Positions 27,194 to 40,277 of a stretch of DNA of 64,000 bases are shown here, piece after piece (positions within the stretch are counted from its first letter, which is position 1; each line of letters opens with the position of its first letter). The DNA lies in assembly GCA_963699755.1 (NCBI GenBank), contig CAVOVB010000007.1, positions 352,001 through 416,000 on the forward strand, written 5' to 3'. The stretch comes from an uncultured delta proteobacterium. Its GTDB lineage: Bacteria > Myxococcota_A > Polyangia > Polyangiales > Houyiibacteriaceae. Under the pieces are notes generated by a model, which worked only from the letters and a program-made list of their open reading frames with translations, had not been told where the DNA came from and did no database searches. The position numbers and the translations under genes are program-made.

Positions 27194-28051
27194 TTACAAC
27201 TCCACGAACTCGGTCACCGCCTCCGGTTCCCCGCCGCAGCTCTCTGGGCGCGCGACACCCCGGTCCTCGAGCCGCAGCCGAACCATCTCCTCGCCGGATG
27301 CCGTCCGAAAGCGCGCCTCCCAAGTCGACGCGGGTTGCTCAGCGGTCCCGAGCCAATCGAGCCCATTGGCAGCTTTCAGCCCCAAGCGCTCTCGCAGGAA
27401 GATCTCCGCCGCCTGCGTGGATCGATCATAGGCGCAGCGCCCGCGAAAAAGATCCAGCTCACCGACCTCACCGGCTCGCCGTGCCGTGACCCACGCGTCT
27501 ACATGCTCCGGGCGCAGCCGGCCGTACATGAGCCCATCGGGCAGCCACAGGACACAAGGCGCAAAACGATGCCCGCCGAGGTGACTCGTCTGCCAGACGT
27601 CGACGCCTTGTGATTGAATAGCGCGGAACGCCGCGCTGCCTAAGACCCCACAGCAACGGTCGCGTCGGCCGTGAACGCACACCAGGCAGACCGGTCCGCT
27701 CTGCTCAGCGCGCATCGCGTCGAGGTCGAGGTCGAGAAGGTCTTCGTATCGGTCGAGCTCGGCCTTCGAGATCTGCTGCCGACCTCTGGCCGAAGAAACG
27801 GTCATGAAGAGCGGGTGTTTACCGGAACGCCCAGGTCGACGGATGAGCTGTAGGCGTGAGCGCGGAGTTGCGAGCCAATCACCGAGCCGGGCTCGCACCG
27901 CCTCTGTCAAGGCCTCCGTCTGAAGCGCCTTGGGTGCCCAGCTCTGCACCACTTCGAGTAGGAACCAGCGATCGACCGACTCGATTGCAGTCCCAGCGAG
28001 GGACTCTCCCAGTTCGAGCGACGCCGCCGAGCATGCGGGAACGGTCACCAC
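27194..28051 (-). CDS. Sucrase/ferredoxin-like (thioredoxin-like 2Fe-2S) protein
   Basis: LVCVHGRRDRCCG, WQTSHLGGHRFAP, GLMYGR. Confidence 0.9.
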   Translation of the reverse strand: MVTVPACSAASLELGESLAGTAIESVDRWFLLEVVQSWAPKALQTEALTEAVRARLGDWLATPRSRLQLIRRPGRSGKHPLFMTVSSARGRQQISKAELDRYEDLLDLDLDAMRAEQSGPVCLVCVHGRRDRCCGVLGSAAFRAIQSQGVDVWQTSHLGGHRFAPCVLWLPDGLMYGRLRPEHVDAWVTARRAGEVGELDLFRGRCAYDRSTQAAEIFLRERLGLKAANGLDWLGTAEQPASTWEARFRTASGEEMVRLRLEDRGVARPESCGGEPEAVTEFVEL

Positions 28052-28368
28052 TAGTCCGCTGGTACCGGAAGGGGACGCGCCATCTCTTCGGCGGCTTGGT
28101 CGATCGTGTGTTGCCGACGCACCGCGATCTCGGACCGCCAGGCCTCGTACTTCGATTGCATGCTGGCGAGCTGCTCGCTGGCTCGCGCTAGATGGCGCTG
28201 CAGACGCTCCCGCTGTTTTGGATCGCGCGCCTCGGCGAGCGCCTCACGGACCGCTTGCTGAATGAGCTTCATCCGCGCCACCGCATCGGCGAAGTTCTCT
28301 CGCTTGGCAAAGCGACGCGCCTGCACCATCCAGATAGCCCAACGCTCTTCTTCCGTCCTGAGGTCCAT
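28051..28368 (-). CDS. Hypothetical alpha-helical protein
   Basis: Coiled-coil-like composition; sits in an operon-like run with a 1-nt overlap. Confidence 0.65.
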   Translation of the reverse strand: MDLRTEEERWAIWMVQARRFAKRENFADAVARMKLIQQAVREALAEARDPKQRERLQRHLARASEQLASMQSKYEAWRSEIAVRRQHTIDQAAEEMARPLPVPAD

Positions 28369-28380
28369 CGCTCTGCCAAT

Positions 28381-29997
28381 TTAGGGCGTTTCGCGGGGCG
28401 GTCCAGCCGAGCCGCGAGGGCGGTGGTAGAGCCACCAATTCTCGAAGTGCGCAACGCGCTGAATCGACGGATCCGTGGCGAAGAGGCTGTCGGGCGAATT
28501 CACCCGGCGAACCAGAAACCAGTCGAAGAAGTCGCCGTGCTGGTCGAGCTGGAAAAGCTGTGGGCTCCATTCCCAGCGCAGTGGTGTTTCGGGCGGGATC
28601 ACGGCGTTCGGATCCGAGCTGTCGCGATATCGAAACGGGTCGGTCCCGAACTGCGCAAAGTGGAAGCTCAGCCAGCCGCCGCGCTCGGCCTGCACATACG
28701 CGGGCAAATGGATGTAGGGGCTGTTTCGAGCCCGCGAGCCCTGGTGGTCGTACACCAGAAACAGCAGCTTGGGAGCCTTGGGAAGCTCGCGAACGATCTC
28801 TCGAAAGTGCACGGTGGTCGTCGAGAAGTCTTTGTGCGCGTCTGCGACGAATTCGCCGAGCGGCGCAACCGCGACCGCCGTCCAGATCACGAATCCGAGA
28901 TGCGCCCAAGTCTTGCGCGGCAGATTCGGAAGCAGTGCGGGCAGGAGAAACGCTGCGGCGGTGATTTCGCGCGGAAAGACGAACCACCAGGGCCCGAGCT
29001 CCATCGGAAGCGTCAGGTAGAGGCCGAGGGACAGCAGCATCGCGATCGCAACCAGGGCGTGGGCGGGCACCACCCAGCTACCCTTGGGCCAAGAGCGCAG
29101 ACGAGCGACCGCAACTGCGAACAGCGCCACCGCGGTCACCACGAAAAGAAGCCCAGCACGGCGAAACACGAAACTGTCTTCATCGCCCATGAAGATGTCG
29201 ACTGCATAGGCGCGCGCCTCGGACATGCGACCCCAGGCCGGAGGCCAAGCCCAGTCGATTCGTGGAATCGTGAGATCCGCGCCGGCGGTCACCCAGACAC
29301 CGAAGAGCGCGGTCGAAATGCCAATCGGAATCAGGAGGCCCCTGATGCTGTCGGCTCTCTGGTACATCAACAAAGCAGTGAGCACGAGCATCAGGATCGC
29401 CAAAGGTAGGCGATACGGGTAGGTGAAGAAGAGCAGAACCAGTACCGCGGTCAGGAGGCCTTGAAGCCTCAGGCTCGGCTGATCCACCACACGCAGGCCG
29501 AGACCGAGGACGATCGCAAAGAGGCCGAGCGAAGCCAAAAAGGCGATGAACCCCCAGTGCGCGGGGACGCCCCATACGGCCAGCAGCCCCCAAAGGCCGA
29601 GAAATGGGGACTTCCCCAAGCCCCAACAGAGCACCATCAGGCCGATGGGCAAGAGCGCCAGCAACAGCGCGGCCGCAACCTTGGTAGCCACCACGGGCGG
29701 GAGCGCCAACATGAAGATCGCCGCGAGAGCGTAGAAGGTCACCGAAGGCATGGCGAACAGTTGAAACTGGAACTGCTCGTGGAAATGCCAGCCTGGATCC
29801 GGGTAGTGACGAAATACCGAAGATGACGCCGTATGAAACGGGAAGCTCGTGATCATCGGATAGTCGGCAGCCCACAACGGCGCACCGACTACGTAGGCGA
29901 TTGTCGCTGCAGCGCAGATCCAGGCGAGCCACTCAAGTGGTGCCGGACCCGTCGAGCGTGCAGCCGGTCCTCTGTGCCCCCCCGGCATTGCTGTCAC
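28381..29997 (-). CDS. Polytopic membrane protein, possible GT-C-type glycosyltransferase
   Basis: About 12 TM segments with an N-terminal loop and a C-terminal soluble domain; function inferred from topology only. Confidence 0.6.
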   Translation of the reverse strand: MTAMPGGHRGPAARSTGPAPLEWLAWICAAATIAYVVGAPLWAADYPMITSFPFHTASSSVFRHYPDPGWHFHEQFQFQLFAMPSVTFYALAAIFMLALPPVVATKVAAALLLALLPIGLMVLCWGLGKSPFLGLWGLLAVWGVPAHWGFIAFLASLGLFAIVLGLGLRVVDQPSLRLQGLLTAVLVLLFFTYPYRLPLAILMLVLTALLMYQRADSIRGLLIPIGISTALFGVWVTAGADLTIPRIDWAWPPAWGRMSEARAYAVDIFMGDEDSFVFRRAGLLFVVTAVALFAVAVARLRSWPKGSWVVPAHALVAIAMLLSLGLYLTLPMELGPWWFVFPREITAAAFLLPALLPNLPRKTWAHLGFVIWTAVAVAPLGEFVADAHKDFSTTTVHFREIVRELPKAPKLLFLVYDHQGSRARNSPYIHLPAYVQAERGGWLSFHFAQFGTDPFRYRDSSDPNAVIPPETPLRWEWSPQLFQLDQHGDFFDWFLVRRVNSPDSLFATDPSIQRVAHFENWWLYHRPRGSAGPPRETP

Positions 29998-30015
29998 GGT
30001 ACCACAGACTCGCGC

Positions 30016-30885
30016 TTAGCCGTTGAGAGCTTCGGCGCCACCGATGATTTCCATCAATTCCTTGGTGATGGCGGCCTGGCGGGCCCGGTTGTACTGCAGG
30101 GTCAACCGATCGATCATGTCGCTCGCGTTGTTGGTCGCAGAGTCCATGGCAGTCATGCGAGCACCAAACTCCGAGGCGACCGACTCGAGCAGAGCGCGAT
30201 AAATCTGTACCTCGACGTGCATCGGGAGCAGCGTATCGAGGAGGGCGTCCTGGCCAGGCTCATAGATGAACTCCCCTAGCCGGTCGTCGGCGAGCTCGAG
30301 TGGCTCGATTGGCAGGAACGGCTCGATCACGACCTGCTGACTGATCGCGCTCTTGAACTCGTTGTACACGAGGTAGCAAGCGTCGAGATCGAGCGAGGTG
30401 TAGTCCTCGACGATGTAGCGGCCGATCTCGCCTGCCTTGTCGGCGCTCAGATCCTCGAACACTCCGAGGAAGTCGTGCCGGATGTCTGCGTTTCGGCGGG
30501 TGAAGTAGTCCCGTCCCTTTCGGCCGATGATGCCGAAGCAGACCTCGCTGCCCTCTGCCTCGAGCTGCTTCCAGCGATTGAATGCCGCCTTGCAGATGTT
30601 CGAGTTGAACGCGCCGGCCAAGCCGCGGTCGCTCGTGAGAACGACCAGCATTACACTCTTCGGCGCACGCCTGGCCAACAAGGGATGAGCGTCTTCTTCT
30701 GGGCTGACACGCGCAGCCACCCCGCTCAGCACCTCGAGGGTCTTGATCGCGTACGGACGAAGGCGTTCGATGTTCTCCTGCGCCTTCCGCAAACGAGCAC
30801 CGGCGACCAGTTTCATCGCGCGGGTGATCTTCTGCGTGTTCTTGACGCTTCCGATGCGCTTTCGAATGTCCTTGAGGTTTGCCAT
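30016..30885 (-). CDS. atpG: ATP synthase F1 gamma subunit
   Basis: KITRAMKLVA, TSDRGLAGAFN, YNRARQAAITKELMEIIGG. Confidence 0.98.
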   Translation of the reverse strand: MANLKDIRKRIGSVKNTQKITRAMKLVAGARLRKAQENIERLRPYAIKTLEVLSGVAARVSPEEDAHPLLARRAPKSVMLVVLTSDRGLAGAFNSNICKAAFNRWKQLEAEGSEVCFGIIGRKGRDYFTRRNADIRHDFLGVFEDLSADKAGEIGRYIVEDYTSLDLDACYLVYNEFKSAISQQVVIEPFLPIEPLELADDRLGEFIYEPGQDALLDTLLPMHVEVQIYRALLESVASEFGARMTAMDSATNNASDMIDRLTLQYNRARQAAITKELMEIIGGAEALNG

Positions 30886-30891
30886 GTCGGG

Positions 30892-32544
<1,653 letters not shown>

Positions 32545-32570
32545 TTTGCAAGGCTCCTGATTCGATGCGG

Positions 32571-33119
32571 CTACGGCGTGTTGCCATCCGCAAGCAACGT
32601 TTCCCTAAGCTCGCTCAACCGGTTGCTGATGCTCCCGTCGAACACCTGGTCGCCGACGCGTGTGACCACGCCACCGATGAGCGAAGGATCTTCCTTCTTG
32701 ACGAGCACGACCTCTCGGTCGGTCACCCGCTCGAGCGTTTCGGTCAACCGCGCATAGTAAGCGTCGGCCAAGGGCTTGGCGCTGACGACCTCTACGCGAA
32801 CGCGCCCGGTCTCGGCCTCTGCGAGCTGCTCGAGCGCTTGAAGCACGTCGTCGAGGTGCCCGAGGCGCCCCTTGTCGGCGAGCAGGCCGACCGTGTTCCG
32901 AATGAGCTTCGAACAGCCGAGCTTCTCCATCACGGCATCGACGGCGGCCTTCAATGCGGGCCTTGGAATGACGGGATTGCGGACGATGTCGCGAAGCTCG
33001 GCGCTGACCTTCCAGGCATCGGATAGCGACCCGACGTCTCGCAACACGCTGTCCATCTCGCCCTGCTCGCGCGCGAGGTCCAACAGGGCCTTTGCATACC
33101 GTCGTCCGAGCGCGCTCAT
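32571..33119 (-). CDS. atpH: ATP synthase F1 delta subunit
   Basis: [28 protein letters not shown]. Confidence 0.95.
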   Translation of the reverse strand: MSALGRRYAKALLDLAREQGEMDSVLRDVGSLSDAWKVSAELRDIVRNPVIPRPALKAAVDAVMEKLGCSKLIRNTVGLLADKGRLGHLDDVLQALEQLAEAETGRVRVEVVSAKPLADAYYARLTETLERVTDREVVLVKKEDPSLIGGVVTRVGDQVFDGSISNRLSELRETLLADGNTP

Positions 33120-33799
33120 GATTGCCGATCCTCGATGACCTCATCGAGGCGATTTAGATACGCCTCGGCAAGCTGACTTTGATCTGCGTCGGTGGTTCGC
33201 TCGGTGAGCAACTCCTGCGCTGCAAGCACAGCCGCGCTGGCGGCCATCTGCGTCAGCTCCTTGCGAAGCTGCTTGATCTGCTGCTCGATCAGGAAATTGG
33301 TGTCCTTGCGCATGCGAGCTGCCTTTTCTTCGGCCTGGGCAACGATGCGATCGCGCTCTGCCTCGCCCGCCTTGATCATCTCGGCGCGAATCTGGACCAT
33401 CTCCTGGTCGAGCTTCTCGAGCCGCGTGGCGGTCTCCATGTGGCGCTTCTGAGCTTCGGCGCGAAGTTGCTGGGCCTCTGCGAGCTCTTTCTCGACTTCA
33501 GCGCGCTTCGCTGCGAGGGCTGGGTTGCCCTTTTTGGCGATCACCCAACCAATCAGGAGAAGGAGCACGGTGAAGTTGATGAGCGTGCCCTGGAACTCCC
33601 GGTCGCGAATCAGTGACGAGAAGGTGAGGTCGCCGTGGCCTTCGTGGCCATCGTGGGCGGCTTCCTCTGAGTCGACAGCTTTGATGACTTCTTCCGCGGC
33701 TTCGTGGACCTTGGAGCCCTGGCCTGCGTCTTCGGCCCATGCCAGGCCCGGCAAAGCCAGGAAGAGTGCAAACAGCGTCAGCGCACACGCGCGTCTCAC
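33116..33799 (-). CDS. atpF: ATP synthase F0 subunit b
   Basis: His-rich N-terminal extension, LINFTVLL TM, long coiled coil; position before atpH. Confidence 0.9.
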   Translation of the reverse strand: MRRACALTLFALFLALPGLAWAEDAGQGSKVHEAAEEVIKAVDSEEAAHDGHEGHGDLTFSSLIRDREFQGTLINFTVLLLLIGWVIAKKGNPALAAKRAEVEKELAEAQQLRAEAQKRHMETATRLEKLDQEMVQIRAEMIKAGEAERDRIVAQAEEKAARMRKDTNFLIEQQIKQLRKELTQMAASAAVLAAQELLTERTTDADQSQLAEAYLNRLDEVIEDRQS

Positions 33800-34263
33800 T
33801 GGACCTCCCGATTCAGCATCTTCGATGCGATCTGCTTGGCCAACGCCGGAACGGACTGCTCGAGCTCAGCGCGAAGCCGCTTCGCCTCTGAGGTGATTTT
33901 GGCGTCAGCCTCGGCGAGCTGCTTGTCGGTCTCCTCGCGAACACGGTCGAGCACGGTGCGCTCCAGGCGCTTGCCCTCGGCGCGAAGGCGATCGCGCTCC
34001 TCGCCGGCTTGGAGCCGTAGGCGGCGCATCTCGACCTCGAACTCCTCGCTCTCGGCGGAGGCCTCGTCTTGAAGACGAAGCGCCTCGAGCTTCGCGCCCT
34101 CGATGGCGTTCTCGCGCGCTTCGAAAAGCGCGACCATCGGACGGAAAATCAGGGGCCGGAAAACAAGGAAGGCAAGAGCGAACAGGACGAGCTGAACCAG
34201 AATCGTACCGTCGAGGTCGATGATGGAACCCTCAGACAAAAGGGCTGTGAAAAGCACGTTCAT
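33796..34263 (-). CDS. atpF: ATP synthase F0 subunit b'
   Basis: IDLDGTILVQLVLF..LIFRPMVALFEARE, coiled coil; start placed at ATG 34263. Confidence 0.9.
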   Translation of the reverse strand: MNVLFTALLSEGSIIDLDGTILVQLVLFALAFLVFRPLIFRPMVALFEARENAIEGAKLEALRLQDEASAESEEFEVEMRRLRLQAGEERDRLRAEGKRLERTVLDRVREETDKQLAEADAKITSEAKRLRAELEQSVPALAKQIASKMLNREVQ

Positions 34264-34352
34264 CGCAGCGGTATTCCCGTCTCGGACCAAAAGGCCCTGC
34301 AGGAAAGAAACTCCAACTGGAGACAATCTCCAAACGGCGCTTGGGGCCGAAT

Positions 34353-34498
34353 CGCCGCTACGGCAAGGACGAAACCCCAGCGGCGCGCGTTCCTAGCATG
34401 GGCCCGAACCCAGTCAAGGAAGGTCGGGGGTCGTGTCCGCCGCGGTTCGGGTCGACCCCTGCAGGCCCTCGAAGACTCGGGTTCGGAGCGCTCGAACC
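34353..34498 (-). promoter_or_regulatory. Structured putative 5' leader of the atpF'FHAG block
   Basis: Stems 34404-34415/34474-34486, 34427-34433/34453-34459 and 34353-34359/34379-34385; alternative pairing 34480-34485/34493-34498. Confidence 0.35.
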
Positions 34499-34543
34499 GA
34501 CCTCCTGGCCACCGGCTCGTTCTCTCGTCTGGTAGGTCATGAA

Positions 34544-34558
34544 GTGACGTTACGTCAC
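34544..34558. promoter_or_regulatory. Perfect palindrome GTGACGT-T-ACGTCAC, candidate operator
   Basis: 7-1-7 inverted repeat in a divergent intergenic region. Confidence 0.45.
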
Positions 34559-34641
34559 GCGTTCAATCACCGATTCGGGGCGAATGAGCTCAAGGCCAGA
34601 AAGACAAGCCTGCCGCCCAGGGCTTGCTAGGTTGAGCGCGA

Positions 34642-35475
34642 ATGAGGCGGAGCATCCGATTCTTCGTTTTCGCCGCAGTTTTGGCGGGGCTCGTTGCGCC
34701 AGAGCGGGCCTGCGCAGAGATGCGCCCCGCCAAAGGCGCGCAGGACGAAGGATCGGATCTGCCGATCTTGGTGATGCTGATCGGCCTTGGCGCGCGGTTC
34801 AGGAACATCCATCTGGAGCTCGCCGATCGCGAAGGCGACAGCGCGGATCGGAGCTTCGAAACGGGGGCCTACTTCGACTTCGCGTGGCACCTGCTGCTCC
34901 GCCCCATGTCCCGCCGTTCGCCTCGAGCTTCGGTCCAGGCCATCGTTTTTCAGATCGACGGAGGTGCAGGGATCGGCCTCAAGGCCGAAGCGGCGAGCGG
35001 GATCGAGCTGCAGACCAACACCTGGCGAATGCTGGGGCAGCTTGGCTACCTCTACCCGATCGGGCGTCTCCAGGTCGGCGGGTTGGCCGGCCTCGGCGGA
35101 GACGTGTTCAAGATCGATCTCAACTCGATCCTCCCGTCCTCGAGGCTCCTCTACGCCCGATTGGGCCCGGCGCTAGTCTACGAGGTCGTCGCGAAGCTCC
35201 TCGGTTTCCGCGCCGACTTTGGCCTTCGATTTCCCTTCTCGTTTGGTGAGCTCGACGATGCGTTCGGAATGGACAGCTCGGGGATCGGTGTAGACGGCGC
35301 GCTGGCCGTCGAAGGACGCCTAGAACGCGGCTTCAGCTACGGGGTCCGCTTCGTCTGGGAGTACTATCGCTTGCGTTTTTCCGGCTCGAGCATGGAAGTC
35401 CCAGCGAAAGCCTACGGCGGCGACGGCAAGGACCACGCGTTGACGATTCAGCTCCTGCTCGGCTGGTCCCTGTAA
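34642..35475 (+). CDS. Putative outer-membrane beta-barrel protein
   Basis: Signal peptide, alternating Gly/aromatic beta strands, C-terminal LTIQLLLGWSL. Confidence 0.7.
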   Translation: MRRSIRFFVFAAVLAGLVAPERACAEMRPAKGAQDEGSDLPILVMLIGLGARFRNIHLELADREGDSADRSFETGAYFDFAWHLLLRPMSRRSPRASVQAIVFQIDGGAGIGLKAEAASGIELQTNTWRMLGQLGYLYPIGRLQVGGLAGLGGDVFKIDLNSILPSSRLLYARLGPALVYEVVAKLLGFRADFGLRFPFSFGELDDAFGMDSSGIGVDGALAVEGRLERGFSYGVRFVWEYYRLRFSGSSMEVPAKAYGGDGKDHALTIQLLLGWSL

Positions 35476-35870
35476 CCGTCAGGGGAGGTATCCTCCGCAG
35501 AGCGCGGCAAAACCGGCCGATCTTCGAGCTCGAGCACCTCGCCCATGACGCAGGAGCCATCGAAGAGGACCCCCTTCTCCATGAAAAGAGCCTGCGTCCG
35601 GATGTCGCCTCGCACCTGGGCCGGCGCATGGAGCTCGACGAGCTCGGTCGCATGAATGTCCCCCTCGATTTTTCCGCCGCAGACGATCAAGCTGTGCACT
35701 CGAATCGCACCTTTGATGATCGCCTTTTCGCCGATGACCAGGAGCCCTTCGCTATAGACCTCTCCTTCGAACTCGCCGTCGATGCGTGCTCGCCCCTCGA
35801 AGAAGAGCTTGCCTTCGTATCGGGTGCCAACCCCGAGAAGCGCGTGGATGACGGTGTCCTGATCCTGCAT
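35448..35870 (-). CDS. Bactofilin (polymer-forming cytoskeletal protein)
   Basis: LLGVGTRYEGKLFFEGRARIDGEFEGEV..VRGDI..LFMEKGVLFDGSCVM beta-helix pattern. Confidence 0.92.
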   Translation of the reverse strand: MQDQDTVIHALLGVGTRYEGKLFFEGRARIDGEFEGEVYSEGLLVIGEKAIIKGAIRVHSLIVCGGKIEGDIHATELVELHAPAQVRGDIRTQALFMEKGVLFDGSCVMGEVLELEDRPVLPRSAEDTSPDGYRDQPSRS

Positions 35871-35995
35871 CGCGAGCTCGATGGTAGAAAGCTCGGACCG
35901 GAGGGTCAATGCGCACTCGTGGGGCTTGCCGGCCGCCGCAGTGACCCTAGCTCCACAGGGCTGGCGTCGTTGACTGGCCTAGGGGGTCGTGCTAG

Positions 35996-37498
<1,503 letters not shown>

Positions 37499-37510
37499 TG
37501 GGGCTCAGCG

Positions 37511-37939
37511 ATGGCGAACTCCGAATACCTGCAACTCGACGTGGTTACACCGACCGGCTCCGTGCTGTCCGCGAAAGTGGATTCGGTTCAGGCGCCGAGC
37601 GTCGAGGGCGAGTTCGGCGTACTTCCGAACCACCTTCCGCTCCTGGCCGCGCTCAAGTGCGGGCTTCTCGTGTGGGAGGTGGAGGGCAAGCGCAAGATCG
37701 CAGCAATCGGCCCCGGCTTCGTGGAAGGCGGTCCCGACAAGGTGCTCCTTCTGACCGACGTCTTCGCATCGCCGGAAGAGATCAGGCCCGACGAAGTTCG
37801 CCAAGAGCTCGCCAAGGCGGAAGAGGCCCTCAGAGCCTTCGACGAGCTGTATGAAGGCCCCGACTACAACGAGCTGCAACGCGACGTCGATTGGGCGCAC
37901 GCACGGCTCGAAGCGTACGCCGCTTCGCGCGCGGTTTAG
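37511..37939 (+). CDS. atpC: ATP synthase F1 epsilon subunit
   Basis: LDVVTP, GEFGVLPNHLP, GFVEG, C-terminal helices. Confidence 0.95.
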   Translation: MANSEYLQLDVVTPTGSVLSAKVDSVQAPSVEGEFGVLPNHLPLLAALKCGLLVWEVEGKRKIAAIGPGFVEGGPDKVLLLTDVFASPEEIRPDEVRQELAKAEEALRAFDELYEGPDYNELQRDVDWAHARLEAYAASRAV

Positions 37940-37973
37940 TCGTGTGCGGGGAATCGCTTGGAGCGGGATGCCC

Positions 37974-38705
37974 TTACGACGGCTCTGCTTCGGGGGTCAA
38001 TTGGGTCCACTGTTCTAGGGCGGTGAGCGCTGCCGACTGCTCGGCTTCTATCTTGGAGCGCCCACTCCCTATGGCGACGTGTTCGTCGTTGAGCTCCAGA
38101 GCTACGGTGAATTCTCGTTCGTGGTCGGGCCCTTCGGTCGCGACCAGACGGTAGCTCGGCGTTCCTCCGAGATTTGCCTGAGCCCATTCCTGCGCGCGTG
38201 ACTTGGCATCCCGCTGCCCGGGCGCGCTGGTGTGAATCCGCGGCCCAAAGACCCGGCGAGCTGCTTCGAAGGCCGCATCCGCCCCGCCGTCGCGATAGAC
38301 GGCCCCGATACAGGCTTCGAGGGCACTCGAAAGCAGCCTCGGCTTCACGCGGCCGCCGGATTTCTCCTCGCCTTTCCCTAGCCGCATCGCGTCGCCCACG
38401 CCGATCGCCTCCGCCGCTTCGCAGAGGCCTTTTTCGCTCACCAGGTCGGCTCGCCGCCGCGTGAGCTCGCCTTCATCAGCATCGGGGAACTGCACGTACA
38501 AGAGGGAGGCCACGACCAGATCGACTACTGCATCACCCAGGAACTCCAGGCGCTCGTTGTCGGTCAAAGCGAGGTCCGGCCGCTCATTTTTGAACGAGCT
38601 GTGGGTGAGTGCGTCGAGCAACAGGCTCTTGTCAGCAAAGGAGTAACCGAGCTCCTTGGACAGGCGGAGCGCCGCTTCTCCGAGTGGCTCATCGCGATTG
38701 GACAT
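37974..38705 (-). CDS. rnc: Ribonuclease III
   Basis: ALTHSS, NERLEFLGDAV signature, C-terminal dsRBD (GPDHEREF..GRSKIEAEQ). Confidence 0.96.
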   Translation of the reverse strand: MSNRDEPLGEAALRLSKELGYSFADKSLLLDALTHSSFKNERPDLALTDNERLEFLGDAVVDLVVASLLYVQFPDADEGELTRRRADLVSEKGLCEAAEAIGVGDAMRLGKGEEKSGGRVKPRLLSSALEACIGAVYRDGGADAAFEAARRVFGPRIHTSAPGQRDAKSRAQEWAQANLGGTPSYRLVATEGPDHEREFTVALELNDEHVAIGSGRSKIEAEQSAALTALEQWTQLTPEAEPS

Positions 38706-38772
38706 CGACGCCAACCTATCAGTCAACTCGGGGCCGATCCATAGCCAAGCGGCGCCATGCTATACGCGCGCG

Positions 38773-39318
38773 GTGGACTTTCCCCCAGAGGAGTTGGAAA
38801 CGACGCGGCTCCGTCTGCGGCGCCCGACCATCGAGGATGCGGAAGCGGCGTTCGAATCGTACGCCGGCGATCCGAAGATAACCTACTACATGACCTGGTC
38901 GCCGCACAGCAGCGCTGCACAGACACGGGAGTTCTTTCAACAGACCATCGATGCCTGGGACTTGCGCATGGGGCATCGGGTCTGGCTGATCGAGCGGAAA
39001 GGCGATGGTGTGCTGATGGGGACGATCGGATGCACCGTGCTCCTACACCGCGTGGAGGTCGGCTTCGCACTTGGGAGTCGCTTCTGGGGAAAGGGATACA
39101 TGCCCGAGGCCCTGGCCAAGGTCTGCGAAGCGGCATTCGCCGACGAGCGGATCGCACGGGTTCAGGCGCTCTGCGACGAAGAGAACAGGCAATCCTCGCG
39201 GGTGATGCAGAAGGTCGGAATGCGATACGAAGGCCGGCTTCGAAAGTATGGCTGGCATCCGAATCGCTCGGAGCATCCCCGCGACTGCCTGATGTATTCA
39301 TTGGTTCGCGGCGATTGA
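38773..39318 (+). CDS. RimJ/RimL-type GNAT acetyltransferase
   Basis: LETTRLRLR, FWGKGYMPEA, ENRQSSRVMQKVGMRYEG; GTG start inferred. Confidence 0.88.
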   Translation: MDFPPEELETTRLRLRRPTIEDAEAAFESYAGDPKITYYMTWSPHSSAAQTREFFQQTIDAWDLRMGHRVWLIERKGDGVLMGTIGCTVLLHRVEVGFALGSRFWGKGYMPEALAKVCEAAFADERIARVQALCDEENRQSSRVMQKVGMRYEGRLRKYGWHPNRSEHPRDCLMYSLVRGD

Positions 39319-39351
39319 AACGCTGATCGAAGCGACTATGCTCCGCCAGCG

Positions 39352-40260
39352 ATGCGCATGCTGACGACCGTAGCGGACCAGGCTGAGGCCAAGACCCTGG
39401 GCGATGCGCTCTATTCAGACGGCATAGTCACGACGCTCAAGGAAACGCGTGACGGTTCGATTGCGATTTGGGTCCATGACGAAGAGCAGATGGAGCAGGC
39501 CCGAGCCTTTCTGAACGGCTTTGATCCAAGCTCGAGTCGAGTCGCCGAGATGGCGAAGAGGGCTCGCGCCCAGCGCAAGCAAGAAGCCAAGGCCGACGAG
39601 CGACTCCGGATACGTACCGAGAAAGTTCGCCAGCAGATCGAAGCGAAGCAAAACATGCGGATCGGGACGGTGACGACCGGCCTGATCGCCATCTGCGTCG
39701 TCGTGTTCTTTCTGACCGACATGGGCAAGAACGTGAGCGTGGTCGGGTATTTCACATTCGTTCCGCCGGTGCCGGCGCGCGGCGGCCTAGTCTGGGGCGA
39801 CGTGAGCGCGATCTGGCAAGGGCAGCCCTGGCGCCTGTTCACGCCGATGCTCCTGCACTTCGGCTTCATGCACATCCTCTTCAACATGTGGTGGTTGAAA
39901 GACCTCGGCACCGCGATCGAGCGTGTGTTCTCGGCGCGCTACCTACTCGTCTTCGTCCTCGTGACCGCGGCATTTTCGCACGTCCTCGAGTACGCCATGT
40001 CCGGCCCCACGACCTTCGGCGGCATGTCCGGCGTGGTCTATAGCCTCTTTGCCTTCATCTGGATCCGGGGCCGCCTAGACCCGAGCTTCCCCTACCGAAT
40101 GCCGCAGCAACTGGTGACCTTCATGCTGATCTGGCTGGGGCTTGGTTTCACTGGATGGGTCGGGCCGATTGCGAACTGGGTACACACCGGCGGGCTGCTG
40201 GTAGGCGCGGTCTGGGGGGTGCTTTCGTCGGGATACATCCAGCGCAGACTCGGTCACTGA
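39352..40260 (+). CDS. glpG: Rhomboid intramembrane serine protease (GlpG-like, with N-terminal soluble domain)
   Basis: WRLFTP..H..HILFN, GGMSGVVY catalytic Ser, IANWVHTGG catalytic His. Confidence 0.88.
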   Translation: MRMLTTVADQAEAKTLGDALYSDGIVTTLKETRDGSIAIWVHDEEQMEQARAFLNGFDPSSSRVAEMAKRARAQRKQEAKADERLRIRTEKVRQQIEAKQNMRIGTVTTGLIAICVVVFFLTDMGKNVSVVGYFTFVPPVPARGGLVWGDVSAIWQGQPWRLFTPMLLHFGFMHILFNMWWLKDLGTAIERVFSARYLLVFVLVTAAFSHVLEYAMSGPTTFGGMSGVVYSLFAFIWIRGRLDPSFPYRMPQQLVTFMLIWLGLGFTGWVGPIANWVHTGGLLVGAVWGVLSSGYIQRRLGH

Positions 40261-40277
40261 CACTGACGCCGACACTC

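Noticed and set aside
34358..34540. 60-aa upstream ORF before atpF'
   Set aside because: No recognisable features; the composition reflects the GC-rich stems, so the region was treated as non-coding
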